From the human T2T-CHM13v2.0 reference genome, Homo sapiens, in the NCBI RefSeq assembly GCF_009914755.1, contig NC_060936.1: a stretch of DNA of 64,000 bases; one strand, 5' to 3'. The position numbers and the translations under genes are program-made. The notes under the pieces were generated by a model. The model did not search any database. It was not told the DNA's origin and worked only from the letters and a program-made list of their open reading frames with translations. Below, in pieces: positions 15,937 to 30,730 of the stretch (the stretch's first letter is position 1; every line of letters begins with the position of its first letter).

Positions 15937-18618
15937 ATTCCACCACTTCTTTAAAATAGTAAGAATTCTTAAAAACCATATTCCTTGTTTGATGGAAGAG
16001 TAAGATGTTAACAGAGGGCATCAAAGGGCCAGAGGTGTCTTTGAATTTATTTTTTTTCAATGTCTTTTCTGAGCTTCAGCCTTAGCTTTTCAGATCTTCC
16101 TCCTACCTGTTCATTTATTCAGCCTTCTATCTGGTCATCCTCCCCAGCGGCTCCTCTCTCTGATGTGTCCACCTACGGTGGAACGAGGATTGCCTTTCTG
16201 TGCTCCCCATCAGGACTTTGCTGTCTTGGCCGGCAGGAGTCGTGCTGCTGCAGAGCCTCACAGGCTGTGCCTTGTTTCAGGAAACAGCTCCTAATACTCT
16301 CCCATCACTCACTTTACCTGTCTCCATCTTATTTCCCTATACTCCTATTGTCAGCTTGAGACTTTTTTTTTTTTTCAATTCCAAATGAAGGGTATGACCT
16401 CAGAGTGAGTGAGGACTCAGTAAAGACTCACCTCTCCTTACTTGGTTTATTAAATGTCTTCAGATTCCAGAGATAAGACAAGGTGGCCACTTCACAAAGA
16501 ATCCAGAATCATGCTCAGTAAAGCTCATTAAAAGCCACTGCAGCTGAGAAGGTTCACAGCCCTTCTTTATAGCCACAGAGGCAGCACACAGGGGAGGTGG
16601 GAAGACACAGGGAAACGAGAGAAGAAGGATAATGAGGCCTTGAGGTGTTCTGCCCCCAATTTCAAGGAGCTTATCAGGCTTCATGTGCAATTTGGGGAGG
16701 GGAGCTTTTTGATGGTGGGTAAATAATGGCTCTACAAAGATTACCTGACTCCACTGACACAAGAATATGTATTCTCAGCTGATATAACTGTGTGTTCACA
16801 TCCCATCCATAGAACTCACTGAAGGAGATTCATCAAGTCAGCCTTTTGGACTGGGTTGGGGTTTGGGGAGTGGATTTGGGGATAGAGAGAAAGGTGTACT
16901 TAGTACACATTTTCTAATGGGCGTTACGTGAACTGTTTGAACCTGCTGAGTGGCGCTTTGTAGAGCTCCATGTTCACGTTCAGTGTCAACACCATTCAAC
17001 AGCTTTGCACATCTTCGTACAACATAATCTGGCTTTGGTGCCCCTTGAGCCACCTGTAGAATAATTTATAGCAGGGTCCCACAATCTACTGCAATGATCG
17101 TGAACAGTTATCAGTGGATATAGTGCTCCAAGAGTCAAATTGTATCCGTTAAGGGTTTTCTAACTTTTGCTATCCCCCCCGCGACCAAAAAAAGGGGGGG
17201 TTTATAATTTAAAGAAAAGGAAAAGAGGCGTGGGTTGGTAGTTGTGTCCTTAACATTTAGGAATGACATAGCCTCTGGAGTCTACAAACTGAAGAAACTT
17301 TCATCTGATCAGCCTTGGAAATCCAAAGTTAAAGAGCCTATGTGTCTCTTGAGGCGGGGGTTAGAGGATTCAAATTTGGGATGATGCTCATTGATTCCTG
17401 ACCATAGCAGTGAGAGGCCATTTTTTGTGCAGGAAATGTGCTTAGGACTCAGTCTTGTTTTCGATTATCCACCACAGAAACCCTGAGACACAGAGCAGCT
17501 TAGAAGTCTCTACCCAGGCGTAAATAGAGCTCCCTACTCCAGACCACCTGCCACCCACCTCCCAAGTTGAGAACACAAGCTCCAGCTGGGCTGGAGAGTC
17601 AGGCTTGGTGCAGGGTGACTTTGGCGAAGTTTTGTCAGATCCATAAAGCAAACTGGAATTTGAGCTTTCACTTACCCTAGTATACGTTCTTAAAAAAAAA
17701 AAAAAGTCTATGTGGTATAATCGAGATGGATACCTGTGTCTTTAAATTACGTAGGGAATTTTGTATGTTTAAATAATTGTACTGGGTTCCATAATGCTTA
17801 TCTTAGAAACTTTAGTAAAAGAAAATATATGAACCGTGCATTTGTGAATGCCCCCCTTAGAGCATTCATCCAAGTTCAGTGTGTAGTGTGATGGTTATTA
17901 TAGATATTTAAAGTATAGTAAGTGGCTGTGTAACAGGAGAGACTGCTGTTTACCTACGTACTGAAGGGTAACTGCTGCCCGCGTAATTAAATCAGTATTG
18001 TCCTTTCCTGTCGGTTTGATCAATTGCGGTACCGGTAGCTTCCTGCTTGTGACTGTTACCTAATTGTGTCAATGTACATCTGTAGTATGTACATGTGAAA
18101 GTGCCTTTCTATTTTAGAGGAGTTTTAGCCTTGCTCTTGTACCGTTGCCCCGCTCTGTGCCCCACCCCCACCTCCTCCTCCCAATTCCTGCTGCCCACTC
18201 GAGTGTTTCGAAGCTTCCTCCCTGTCCCCCACCTTCCCCATCCCCGCCTTCCTGTGCCTCGGTGCTCAGTAATGTCCCATCTCACCTCCCTGTCGGTCCT
18301 CAGACTGTCTCGTTTTCCTTGTAGACGTGATTGTGCCTTTCTCACCCCTGTGTCCTCCCATCCCACCGCATCCGTCCCCCGCTCATGTGCTGCTGACAGC
18401 ATCGCATTCGCCCGTGCTCTGTACTGCCTCTCACCATTTCATTCCCTCCTCTCTGAGGTGAAAATAAAGGGGGATGCTTTTACAGTCTGGAAAGAAAAAA
18501 AATGTTTTGTTAATCTGTTGTGACAATGCACTTTTATGTATAGTACTGTACATTTTTGGCATGTACCATTACAGGCTTCAGTATACAGTCAGGTTTGTTC
18601 TTCACGGTGTATCTTTAT

Positions 18619-18624
18619 AATAAA
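18619..18624 (+). terminator. Polyadenylation signal AATAAA (SRGAP1)
   Basis: Several upstream TGTA (CFIm) elements at 18537-18611 and a GT/T-rich tract from ~18645. A second AATAAA lies at 18463-18468. Confidence 0.8.
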
Positions 18625-19087
18625 TAAGATAGTTCTGGCTGCCTTTGTCTGCTTCCAGTTTGATGTGCATCTCTGTGGTGTCTTTGTTCCTTTCCTTTCA
18701 TTCATCACTACTTTCTCCTTGACAGCTAGCTTGCATTAAATAATGTGAAACTTTTACCTTTAAAATATTTTTTTATCTCACTTTCATTTCTTGTTCATTT
18801 GGAAATAGGGTGTCCTGCACAGGGCCCTGCCCATGAAGCTGTGGTTTTTCAGTCATGGTTTGGAGGCTCAATGTGTAGTCAGAGAAAAGAGTCTTGGCAG
18901 ACACTTAACTGAGAAGCTGAGAGTGTACAAGCCTCCTAAACATACACCAGATTGAAATCTTTCTTTTGAGAAAGACTCTAGTTAACCACGGCAAGCCCAT
19001 CTTTGGTTTCATTTGAATAAATTGAAAAATAATCCTTAGGTTATTTTTCTGTGCTTAGAACTCCCCGTGTATTGGTATTTTTCTTTA

Positions 19088-19390
19088 CTTTTTTTTTTTT
19101 TTTTTTGAGACGAATCTCTCTGTGTCACCCAGGCTGTAGTGCAGTGGTGCAATCTCAGCTCACTGCAACCTCCCCCTCCTGGATTCAAGCGATTCTCCTG
19201 CCTCAGCCTCCTAAGTAGCTGTAATTACAGGCACCCGCCACCACACCCAGCTACTTTTCGTATTTTTAGTGGAAACGGGGTTTCACCATGTTGGCCAGGC
19301 TGGTCTCAAACTCCTGACCTAAAGTGATCTATCTACCTGCCTCAGCCTCCCAAGTGCTGGGATTACAGGTGTGAGCCATTGCATCTGGCC
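19088..19390 (-). mobile_element. AluSx-like
   Basis: Antisense dimer; TSD GGTATTTTTCTTTA at 19074-19087 and 19392-19405. Confidence 0.92.
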
Positions 19391-19539
19391 AGGTATTTTT
19401 CTTTAAATATAAAAAAAAGATAACTTGAGGTCTAGCAATATGTAGTAGATAGCTTTGTAAAACAATGTAAGTTGTGCAAGATTGAATATTGATAAGATAT
19501 AAAGTTTAAAAAATGACAGGCAAATCAAGGAAAAACACT

Positions 19540-19930
19540 TTTTATTAAAGTGCAGAATACTAACAAAAGTGTGCAAATCATTAGTGTAACAGTTCTCACG
19601 AGCTGACACACTGATGTATCCACCACCCAGTTTAAGCAATAGCACATTATCAGCATCCCAGAAGCTACTGTGCTCATGCCTCTGTGAATGTATCAGTATC
19701 CTGACTAATCACACCATGGTGTAGTTTTGCCTGTCATCTTAGCTTTCTATAAATGGGTTCATACAGTATGTAGATTTTGTGTCTGGCTCCTTTTGTTGAA
19801 ATGTATGTTTGTAAGAGTCGTCATTGTTAGTAAAATAGTGGTTTTTCCATTTTTACTGCTATATAGAATTCCATTACATGAATATGCTCAATATTATATT
19901 TATTTTAGTATTTCCTGATTAAACTTTGGG
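19540..19930 (-). mobile_element. Old L1M (L1ME/MC-type) 3' fragment
   Basis: CACCACCCAG..CATTATCAGCATCCCAGAAG..TTTTGTGTCTGGCTCCTTTTG pattern. Confidence 0.7.
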
Positions 19931-21467
19931 TAGTATATGCAGATATCTTTAAACATGGAGAAATGAATGGGGGGTGAGGGACCCACCTGTCAAAGGAATT
20001 GTTTTCCCAAACTATGACGGAATAATGTTGAACTAACCTGTTGACCGGAAGGCCTACTCAAAGGCAAGGATACTTTTCTTTCTTTCCAAAAAAGCACTGT
20101 CTGATATGGAGACTGGAAATATTCATAGATGACACTGAAACTAGTTGAAGCTTTACTTGATGCTTATCAAGTCATGTTCTCTTACCCGATGCTGGATGCT
20201 TTTTCTTCAATGCCTACTTTAGGACCACAGAGTTGGATTTAGAGGCTAGCCCACCAGGAACAAATGCCCAAATCAGTCTGTAGAGTTGTTCCAGGAAAGA
20301 CTCCACCATCCTGCTACCCTCAAATCTTAAGCTCCTCAGCCTGCCACGACCATCTCCTGTTGAGAAAATTGCGCCTGCCTCCCCATCTCTCACTCCCGAA
20401 CCAGAGTCCCAACGGGGTGTAACTGGTCGTCAGTTCCCACAGTTCATATGCCTGCACCCTGTAAGAATCTTAGAAAGGCAGAGCAAGGGTGTTTGCTGGC
20501 TTCTGCCTTGAGTAGTTGGGACTCCTAAAAAGGAAAATTCCCCAAGTTTGACCTAGAATGTCAAAAAGGTCCTAAAAGCACAGAATGATGGTAAATTCTA
20601 TCCACAGGCCATATAGCCCTGGAAAATATTGGGAAACTGAGGCATGGGTTGGTAATTTATTGAAGTTTAGTAAACGAATTTGAATTAATTAGGACCAGAT
20701 AATCAATTTTTGGCTTACTTATACTATAGTATAAGCAAATAAGTATTTAAACTTTAGTATAAATATTTTTGCTCACTTAATAATCACGGTGAGGTTCATC
20801 ACCTCTTCAGTAGCCTTTTATCTGTTTCTACATAGTAAATAGAAAACTTGCCTTCTATAATAAAAACAAAATAGTTTTTCTATCAAGGTCAGTCTCAGCA
20901 AGAGAAATGGGACTGGGCTGGATATCAACACATGTGCTTGTGTGCATGTGCACGTGTGTGGGTGGGAGGGTGCGGAGGGGTTGGGAAGAGAGATTGCTCC
21001 TCCCGCAGTGCTGAAACAACATGCCTTGTTCAGTATTAACATCTTGAAGGCAGTTATGGCAGCATGATCCAGGAGATCGTCAGCTCTAGGATATTTGCGA
21101 TCCAATTCTGGCGACTTATGGATGGATCCTTCACACCCAACAGCTGTCTATCAGGGGTGCTTCCGAGGGTCACTGGGTTTCTTTTAGCTGCTTGGCTGTG
21201 CAGCTGAAGTTAGGACTTTTGATGAATTACCCTCTCAATGATGGTGTATTGTTCTAATCTTCTGTCTCTGACATACCCAAGGAACCCCTTGTGTAAAAAT
21301 CATGTCCCTCTAAATGCAAGTGGATGATTGTGCCAATAAGCCAGGAGAGAAGGAAACATCTTCAGTGGTCCAGTGGCACATTCAAAATTGTACAATGACA
21401 TGACATTAACTCAAAAATGAAGTTTGAGGTTCTGGGCCTTTGATGGACTGCATCTATTAAAAACAAA

Positions 21468-21746
<279 letters not shown>

Positions 21747-21999
21747 AAAAAAAAAAAAAAAAAAAACATGGTCAAGATTTGTAATAGAAATTGCCATTTG
21801 AATTTTGGTCTGTAAGCCCAAAGATTGTTACTGTGTTAGTAACTAAATATTACGAGATGCATTAGGAAAAGAAGGAAAAGAAATTTTAAGTAAGCCAAAA
21901 ATCTATTATATAGTCATAAGTCAAACTCAGTTACTAGACTTCAACAAATACCAACCCATGCCTCCATTTCCCAAACAGAAATAATAATATGAACATCTT

Positions 22000-22440
22000 A
22001 GTATATTGTCTTCTAATCCTTACATTATGTTATTTTTAAGCAGAGTCAAACTCATATTCTGTATATAATTGTATATACATTGGGTTTTTCTCCCTTATAG
22101 CAATTCACACTAGGAGTCTCAGTCAACATGATTTTTTAATGGCTGTATAATATTCTAGCGTATGAACACATCATTATTTAACCATTTTCCTGTCACTGAG
22201 TGAGCCTGTTTGAAGGTTTTGTTTTTTTTTCAATTGAATGTTATGTTGTGGTGAGCAGCTCTGTATATAATAATTAATTGTCTGTGTTTGGATCATAAAG
22301 TTAGCATTGACTCCAAAAAGTGAAATCACTGGGTCAGAGGATGCAATTATCTGTAAGGCTCATGACAAATATTGCCGACCTGTTTTCCAGCAAAGTTGTA
22401 CAAATTTACATCCCTGCCAGTAATGCATAACAGTACACGA
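22000..22440 (-). mobile_element. Old L1ME fragment
   Basis: TTTTAATGGCTGTATAATATTC...AGTGAAATCACTGGGTCAGAGG...GTTGTACAAATTTACATCCC. Confidence 0.7.
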
Positions 22441-22949
22441 GTATAAAACATGGTCATGTTTCTTTACCAGTGTACTAGGTGAGTGATAGGCTCAATGCAA
22501 ATTCTTAGCAGTTTGTTAATGTGCACACCCACATTTCCAGAGTACAAATCTCTATTTCACTCACCTCTGTGTCCTAAACTTCAGATGACTCTTTATTGTT
22601 TCAGCTAAACATCAGCAAACAGAGATTTTCCTCAGGCACCTTAAGCTCAACAGACCCAAAAATTAAACCCACTTTGTTTCATTCCAAAAAATATTCTGCA
22701 GCCCCTCTACATCCTCCAATCTGTTCCGCTGCCTATCTCTGCTCTAAGCTAATTCTGTGCACCATTCCCCTTGCCACAACGATTGCCGTAGCTTCCACGG
22801 TGGTGTGGCTGTGCCCACTGTCTCCTCCTTGAAATGATTATCTACACTGCTGCCAATAAATCATCTTTCTCAAAAACAAAATGAGAAACCTAACAAACAA
22901 TCATTGAAAATGTACCATGTACTGACATCGTTTTCCTCAACACGTTGCA

Positions 22950-23175
22950 TGTCAATAGCCAACATGTATTGAGTACCAGACTCCATGCTACAAATGTTAA
23001 CCCTCATAAGAAAGCCAAGAGAGCCACAGTTATTATCATCATCTTTATCCGTAAGAAAATTAAGCCGCAGGAGTTAAACACTTGCCCTGGTCACACAGCT
23101 AGATAGTGACAGAGCAGGATTTGATTCCACGCCATCTGGTGCTGGAGGCTATGCTCATAACCACTGCTGCATTCT
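22950..23175 (-). mobile_element. MIR
   Basis: TTATTATCATCATCTTTA..AAGAAAATTAAGCC..ACTTGCCCTGGTCACACAGCTAG..GCAGGATTTGA. Confidence 0.75.
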
Positions 23176-24124
23176 GACCTCTGTAACATGCTCATGTCAT
23201 TACCCTGCTCAAAAGCCACACGTGGGTCCCCACTGCTGCAGGACGGCATACTACTGTGTCTTATTCATCTTTGTATCTTCAAGCCTAATGCATCACTAAC
23301 TAAATAGCAAATCGGCGGAACTGAAATGAATTCAATGTCTGCCGCTTTGACCTCAGCCTGCCATTTCAGCCTTCCTGCTCACCACCTCCTCTTCGGAACC
23401 TTTAGTTTCAGCCATAGCAAGCTACCTTTCTTTGAAAATGTGATGCTGTGTGCTCCCTCCGCATATACTTCATGTCATTCCTCAGCCTAAAATGTCCCCT
23501 ACTTCATCCTGACAACTGCCTGTTGAAATTATATTCATCATTCCAAACCCAACAAAATGGTTACATCCTTCATGAAGGGTTCCCCAAACCTCCCAGCTGG
23601 CATTAATTGTTCTGTTACATTTTGTTTTCATTAAATCAGGCTCCCTTCCGGGGATCTAGCTGTGAATGAGACACACAGGGCTCCTGGTCTCATGGAGTGT
23701 ACTTCCTGGTATGATTTAAAAAAAAAAAAAAAAAAAAAAACCACTACATAAGCCAACAGCTAAACCGGCAAAATAATTTCAGGTGTTGATAACTGCTACA
23801 AAAAGCAAAAGTGAAATAAACAGGGTGATAGAATTTAGAGTGTCTAGGAGAAGCATTTTAGATGGGACAGCTTGAATGCCACCTTGGATGTGGTAGCATT
23901 TGAGCTAAGACCTGAATAATGAGAAGGAACCAGCCATGTGAAAAGGAAGAGAAAGACCCAAGCAGAAGGAACTGCACATGGGAAAACAGGACCATGCTCA
24001 CGTGGTTAAAGAGTCAAACACATTCACTGTGACTGTACCACCATAAGCAAGAAGCCCTGGAGATGAAAATAAAGGCCAGAATGTGGACAGAGATCAGATT
24101 TTGGAGGCCAAAGTAAGGTACTTA

Positions 24125-24289
24125 AAATTAGCCGGGCTTGGTGGTGCACAACTGTAATCCCACCTACTCGGGAGGCTGAAGCAGGGGAATTGCTTGAACC
24201 CATGAGACGGAGGTTGCAGTGACCCGAGATTGTGCCACTGCACTACAGCCTGGGCGGCACAGTGAGACTCCATCTCAAAAAAAAAAAAA
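24125..24289 (+). mobile_element. 5'-truncated AluS (right arm)
   Basis: 15-bp TSD AAAGTAAGGTACTTA at 24110-24124 and 24290-24304. Confidence 0.9.
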
Positions 24290-24384
24290 AAAGTAAGGTA
24301 CTTAGATGTCATTCTAAGTTCAAGGAAAGCCATTGGAAGTTTCCAAAAAGGAACATGACAGCATCTATATTTTTAGAAGATGAC

Positions 24385-25110
24385 CCTCAAAACCACAATG
24401 AGATATCACCTCATACCCATTAGGATGGCCACTCTCAAATGATCAAACTCCAGAAAATAACAAGTATTGGCCAGGGTGTAGAGAAACTGACACCCTTGTG
24501 CACTGTTGGTGGGAATGTAAAATGGTAGAGCCACTAAGGAAAACAGTGTGGAAGTTCCTCAAAAAATTAAAAATAAAACCCTCATATGATCCACCAAGCC
24601 CACTTCTGGGTACATATCCAAAAGAATTGAAAACAGAAGAGATATTTGCACACTCATGTTCACGCAGCTTAATTCACAATAGCCACAAGAGAGAAGCAAC
24701 CCATGAATGGATGAATGGGTAAAGAAAATGTGCCATACACATAAAATAGAATATTATGCAGCCTTAAAAAAGAAGGAATTCCTGTCATATGCCACAATAT
24801 GGATGAAACTTAAGGATACTAAGCTAAGTGAAATGAGCCAATCAATAAAGGACAAACATTGCATGATTTTACTTCTATGAGATATCTAAAGTAGTCAAAC
24901 TCTTATAAACAGAAAGCAGAATGGTGATTGCCAGGGATCGGGATGAGGAAGAAAATGGAAATTGTTGTTCAGTGTTTACAGGGTTTCAGTTTTGCAAGAT
25001 AAAAAGTTCTAAAGATCTGTTGTCCAACAATATGCATGCAGATAACATCATATTAAACATGGTTAAGATAGTAAATTTTATACTATGTAATTTTTTAACC
25101 ACAATTTTAA
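24385..25110 (+). mobile_element. L1MB ORF2 end plus 3' UTR
   Basis: [28 protein letters not shown]...LLGTYPKE; 3' UTR GTTTCAGTTTTGCAAGATAAAAAGTTCT. Confidence 0.88.
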
Positions 25111-25819
25111 ACATCACTGTAGATGTTGTAGTTGTGTTTGGGGTCCACGGGTGGGGAGGAGCTTGGGAAGGAATGGCATGAGGGAAGTGAGAGACCACAA
25201 TTAAGGAGCAACACAGGAGACGAGGGTGGCTTGGACTAGATAGCCAGGTAGAAGGAGAGGAAGGGATGAACCGGGGGTTCGTTTCAGAGTCAAAATCAAG
25301 ATTTGCTAATAAATTAAATATGGGAATAAAGAAAGAAAAGAATCAAGAGTGGCTCCTAGTATTTGTTTGAGCAAATGGGTGGAATATATTGATATATACT
25401 TAAAAAGAATGACTGGGGAAAGGAAGAAGTTGGCCAGGATGTACAACCAAGTATTCACGTTTGAATTTATTTAATTTAAGATAGGTATTAGACTTCCAAG
25501 TGGAGAAGTCTAGGAGGCAGATGGACTTGAAGCTCAGGGGAGGATTTCTGGCCAGAAGGTGTAAATTTGATATTTAAAGCTATGGGACTCCCGGAAAGAG
25601 AAAGAGAAAGGAAGGTACAGAGCACATAACCAAGCCCTGGGAAGCCCAGCTTGGGAGAGCTTGGGTGGAGTGAGGAGCTGGCAGAGGAGACAGAAGGAGC
25701 AGCCAGGGCGGAGGAGGAAAACCAGGAGGAGCATGTAATGTGATCAGTACCCAGGGAAGAAATGATTGCCATTTCTAGTGTGCATTTGTTAACATAAATA
25801 TGATAATAAAAATAGTTAA

Positions 25820-26388
<569 letters not shown>

Positions 26389-26408
26389 TCAGGCTTGTTA
26401 AATATTTT

Positions 26409-26739
26409 TTATGTTTGTTTGTTTGCTTTGTTTTTTTTGAGACGTAGTCCCGCCCCGTCTCCCAGGCTGGAGTGCAGTGGCGCGACCTCGGCTCACCACG
26501 ACCTCGGCTCACCGCAACCTCTGCCTCCCGGTTTCAAGCGATTCTCCTGCCTCAGCCTCCAGAGCAGCTGGGACTACAAGTGCGCACAACCACACCCAGC
26601 TAATTTTTTTGTATTTTTAGTACAGCCGGGGTTTCGCCATGTTGGCCAGGCTGGTCTTGAACTCCTGACCTCAGGTGATCCACCCGCCTCGGTCTCCCAA
26701 ACTGTTGGCATTACAGGCATGAGCCACCACGCCTGGCTG
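26409..26739 (-). mobile_element. AluS with a 16-bp internal duplication
   Basis: CGACCTCGGCTCACC duplicated at ~26483-26514; flanked by GTTAAATATTTT copies (26397-26408, ~26741-26752). Confidence 0.88.
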
Positions 26740-26740
26740 A

Positions 26741-26975
26741 GTTAAATATTTTCTATGTGCCAAGCACTGTGCTAACTGCTTTCATATTATCGGATTTAGT
26801 CCTGTAAGACCGGAATCATTATTATCCCCATTTTTCAGATTAAAACAAACAAACAAAAGCTGAGGTTTAAAGAAATTATCTCTTGTAAAATCACACAGCT
26901 AACAATTGAGCCAGTATCTGGACCTAGATCTATTGCCTACAGAGCCGCACGTTTAACTACTGTTATCTTGCCTCC
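26741..26975 (-). mobile_element. MIR
   Basis: CTATGTGCCAAGCACTGTGCTAA..ATTATCCCCATTTTTCAGAT..AAGCTGAGGTTTAAAG. Confidence 0.8.
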
Positions 26976-28094
26976 TTATTGCTCCACACACTTGAAATAT
27001 AAATTTTTAAAGACATTTTATTCTTTTTTGTCTTCATCAGAATTTATTGAATCCTGATTATTTTTTCCTTAATGTTGATTTTGTAGACTCATTTGCAGGA
27101 AGAACAATGTCAGGTGGAGAGAAGGAATTGAATGAATATTTTTAATAAATTTGTAGATGTTAATATGATTTACTTATTTGCCATTTTCATAGCTATATGA
27201 TATTCTATCCCATTTCCAGTGTTTTTGCTCTTTTAGTAGCAAATACTCTGAATCTCTGCATATGTTACTCATTTTCTATCATCCTATTCCTTGTGATGGA
27301 TACCCAAGGGTACTCATCTACAGGATGAAAGGGTATGAGCACGTTTCTAGGTGCCCTGACCCCAAGATTAGGGGTTTTGTTAGAGGCAAAGCTAAAAGGA
27401 AATGATAAAATAAATGAATATTTATAGAAGTTAAATCTATTAATCTAGCCTTATTACACCGAGTACAACAGGGAATAATAAGCCATCTATCTGAACGTGC
27501 ACGGTTAGGGCCTCAAGGAAAGTGGGCTCAGCAATGAGTGTTGGTACACATGGAAAATCACATTTGCCATGTTTTCTATGGCTTTGGGCTGCTGCTGCAT
27601 CACTGCAGTTTAATAGGAGGAGGCTGGTGAAAATGTTACCAACTGCCAGGGGTCAATGGCGAAAGAACACATTTCTCTAGGAAAGATTACCTTCTCTGAA
27701 GAAGTGATAGGGGGAATAAGGCATAAAATTATCTGACCTGAGAGACCTTAACAGCTAGGCCTGCACTGCTCATGCTTTGGGACCAGAAAGCGGATGGTTT
27801 GATATGGTAGCTGCACTTCTAAAAAAAAAAGGGGGCATTCTTGGCAGGAGAAAGGGTGTTACATGGAAAGATCAGCGATAGTACACACGCCTTCCCATAG
27901 AGTGAGGTGGCTTTCCCACCCCTCAACACTCCTTCAGACCCCCACTGTAACAAAGGGATGTGTCTACCTCTAAATTCATCATTTACTGAACAAATAACTC
28001 ATGAGGGTTACCATATGTCTGACACTGTAGGAAGAGCTGAAGCAGGGCCTAAAACACTATAGTGCAAGTATCTGTTTACACATCTGTATGAGAG

Positions 28095-28860
28095 TAATTG
28101 ATGCTAGCTGCTGTAACAAACAACCCCCCAAACTCAGTAACACAATCAAGCTGTATTTCTCCTTCACATCATAGCCTGGTGTGGGTCAGGTAGGTGACTC
28201 AGGGTTCTAGGCTCCTTCCATTTTTTTGTCGCTGCCACACTGGAAATGGGATAGAATATCGTATAGCTATGAGAATTGCAAATAAGTAAATTATATTAAC
28301 ATGTACAAATTTATTAAAAATACTCTTTCAATTCCTTCTCTCTGCCTGACATTGTTCTTCCTGCAAATGAGTCTACAAAATCAACATTAAGGAAAAAATG
28401 ATCAGGATTCAATAAATTCTGGATAGAAAAAAGAATAAAATGTCTTTAAAAATTTATATTTCAAGTGTGTGGGGGCAATAAAGAGGCCAGATAATAGTAG
28501 TTAAATGTGGGGCTCTGTAGGCAATAGATCTAGGTCAGATACTGGCTCAATTGTTAGCTGTGTGATTTCACAAGAGATAACTGATGCTAGCTGCTGTAAC
28601 AAACAACCCCCCAAACTCAGTAACACAATCAAGCTGAATTTCTCCTTCACATCACAACTTGGTGTGGATCGGGCAGGTGACTCAGGGTTCTGGGCTCCTT
28701 CCATTTTTTTTGTTGCTGCCACCTTAGTACGTGGCCACCATGAAGAGGAAGAGAAAGCACTTGCAATGATGTGAGGTTTTCTGTCTTGGTATGGAGGAGA
28801 CATGAATCACTACTGTACATGTCCAAGTCACATGGCAAGGGAGGCCAGGAAATGTCATCT
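28095..28860. mobile_element. Old ERVL-type LTR (LTR33-like) with its first ~145 bp present twice
   Basis: GCTGCTGTAACAAACAACCCC..AACTCAGT..TATTTCTC..CAC terminus; copies at 28095-28238 and 28578-28722. Confidence 0.55.
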
Positions 28861-29352
28861 TCCTATAATGCAAGAAAAAGAACCCAGGGCCGGGCACAGT
28901 GGCTCACGCCTATAATCCCCACAATTTGGGAGGCTGAGGCAAGAGGATTGCTTGAGCCCAGAGCAATTAAACACTGCCTGGTGCATAGTTAGTGCTCAAG
29001 AATTGTGCTATAATCAATGTTACTAAATTATCTAGGATTAGATGTTTCTAAATTAAAACTATTTCCTGCTTTGTATTTGTCCTTTATTCCAAAAACTTAA
29101 AAATTTCTCATTTCTGGTTTGTCAGGGATGAAATACTAAAGCAACTTCATGGATTGTGATTTCAAGTATATGAAAAGTTTAAGACCCAATTGCTTTTGAA
29201 GGAGATTCGTCTAGAAAAACCAGGGATTCAAACCCAACACATCGGGTGCTAAAGTCTACCCTCTTAGTTGACATAGAATTAAATTAAAATCAGTATTGAT
29301 TGGATTATGCTTTGATAAAAATGTAACTTCATTTAAGTCTAGTAAATAATTA

Positions 29353-29616
<264 letters not shown>

Positions 29617-29689
29617 AAAATGAAAAATCCCAATGAAAATGCATGAATATCATGTGCCTTGACAACTTACGGAGCATTTGGAACATGTC

Positions 29690-30729
<1,040 letters not shown>

Positions 30730-30730
<1 letters not shown>

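Larger units (their letters stand above)
13479..18660 (+). other. SRGAP1: SRGAP1 3' UTR (proximal poly(A) isoform)
   Basis: Follows the stop codon. About 5 kb with only two Alu-type inserts, in contrast to the repeat-dense flanks; ends at a canonical PAS. Confidence 0.8.
23650..25770 (-). mobile_element. Fragmented L2, interrupted by Alu and L1MB
   Basis: TTTGAGCTAAGACCTGAA, GGAAAGCCATTGGAAG, GAATCAAGAGTGGCTCC, AGACTTCCAAGTGGAGA..GGAGGCAG motifs. Confidence 0.65.

Noticed and set aside
18017-18040. Overlapping palindromes TGATCA/CAATTG/GGTACC/ACCGGT resembling a cloning polylinker
   Set aside because: No vector sequence nearby and the context is seamless UTR; chance or conserved UTR sequence is more likely.
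18095-18523. 142-aa Pro/Leu-rich ORF in the 3' UTR
   Set aside because: Non-ATG start, pyrimidine-rich low complexity and no recognisable domain.
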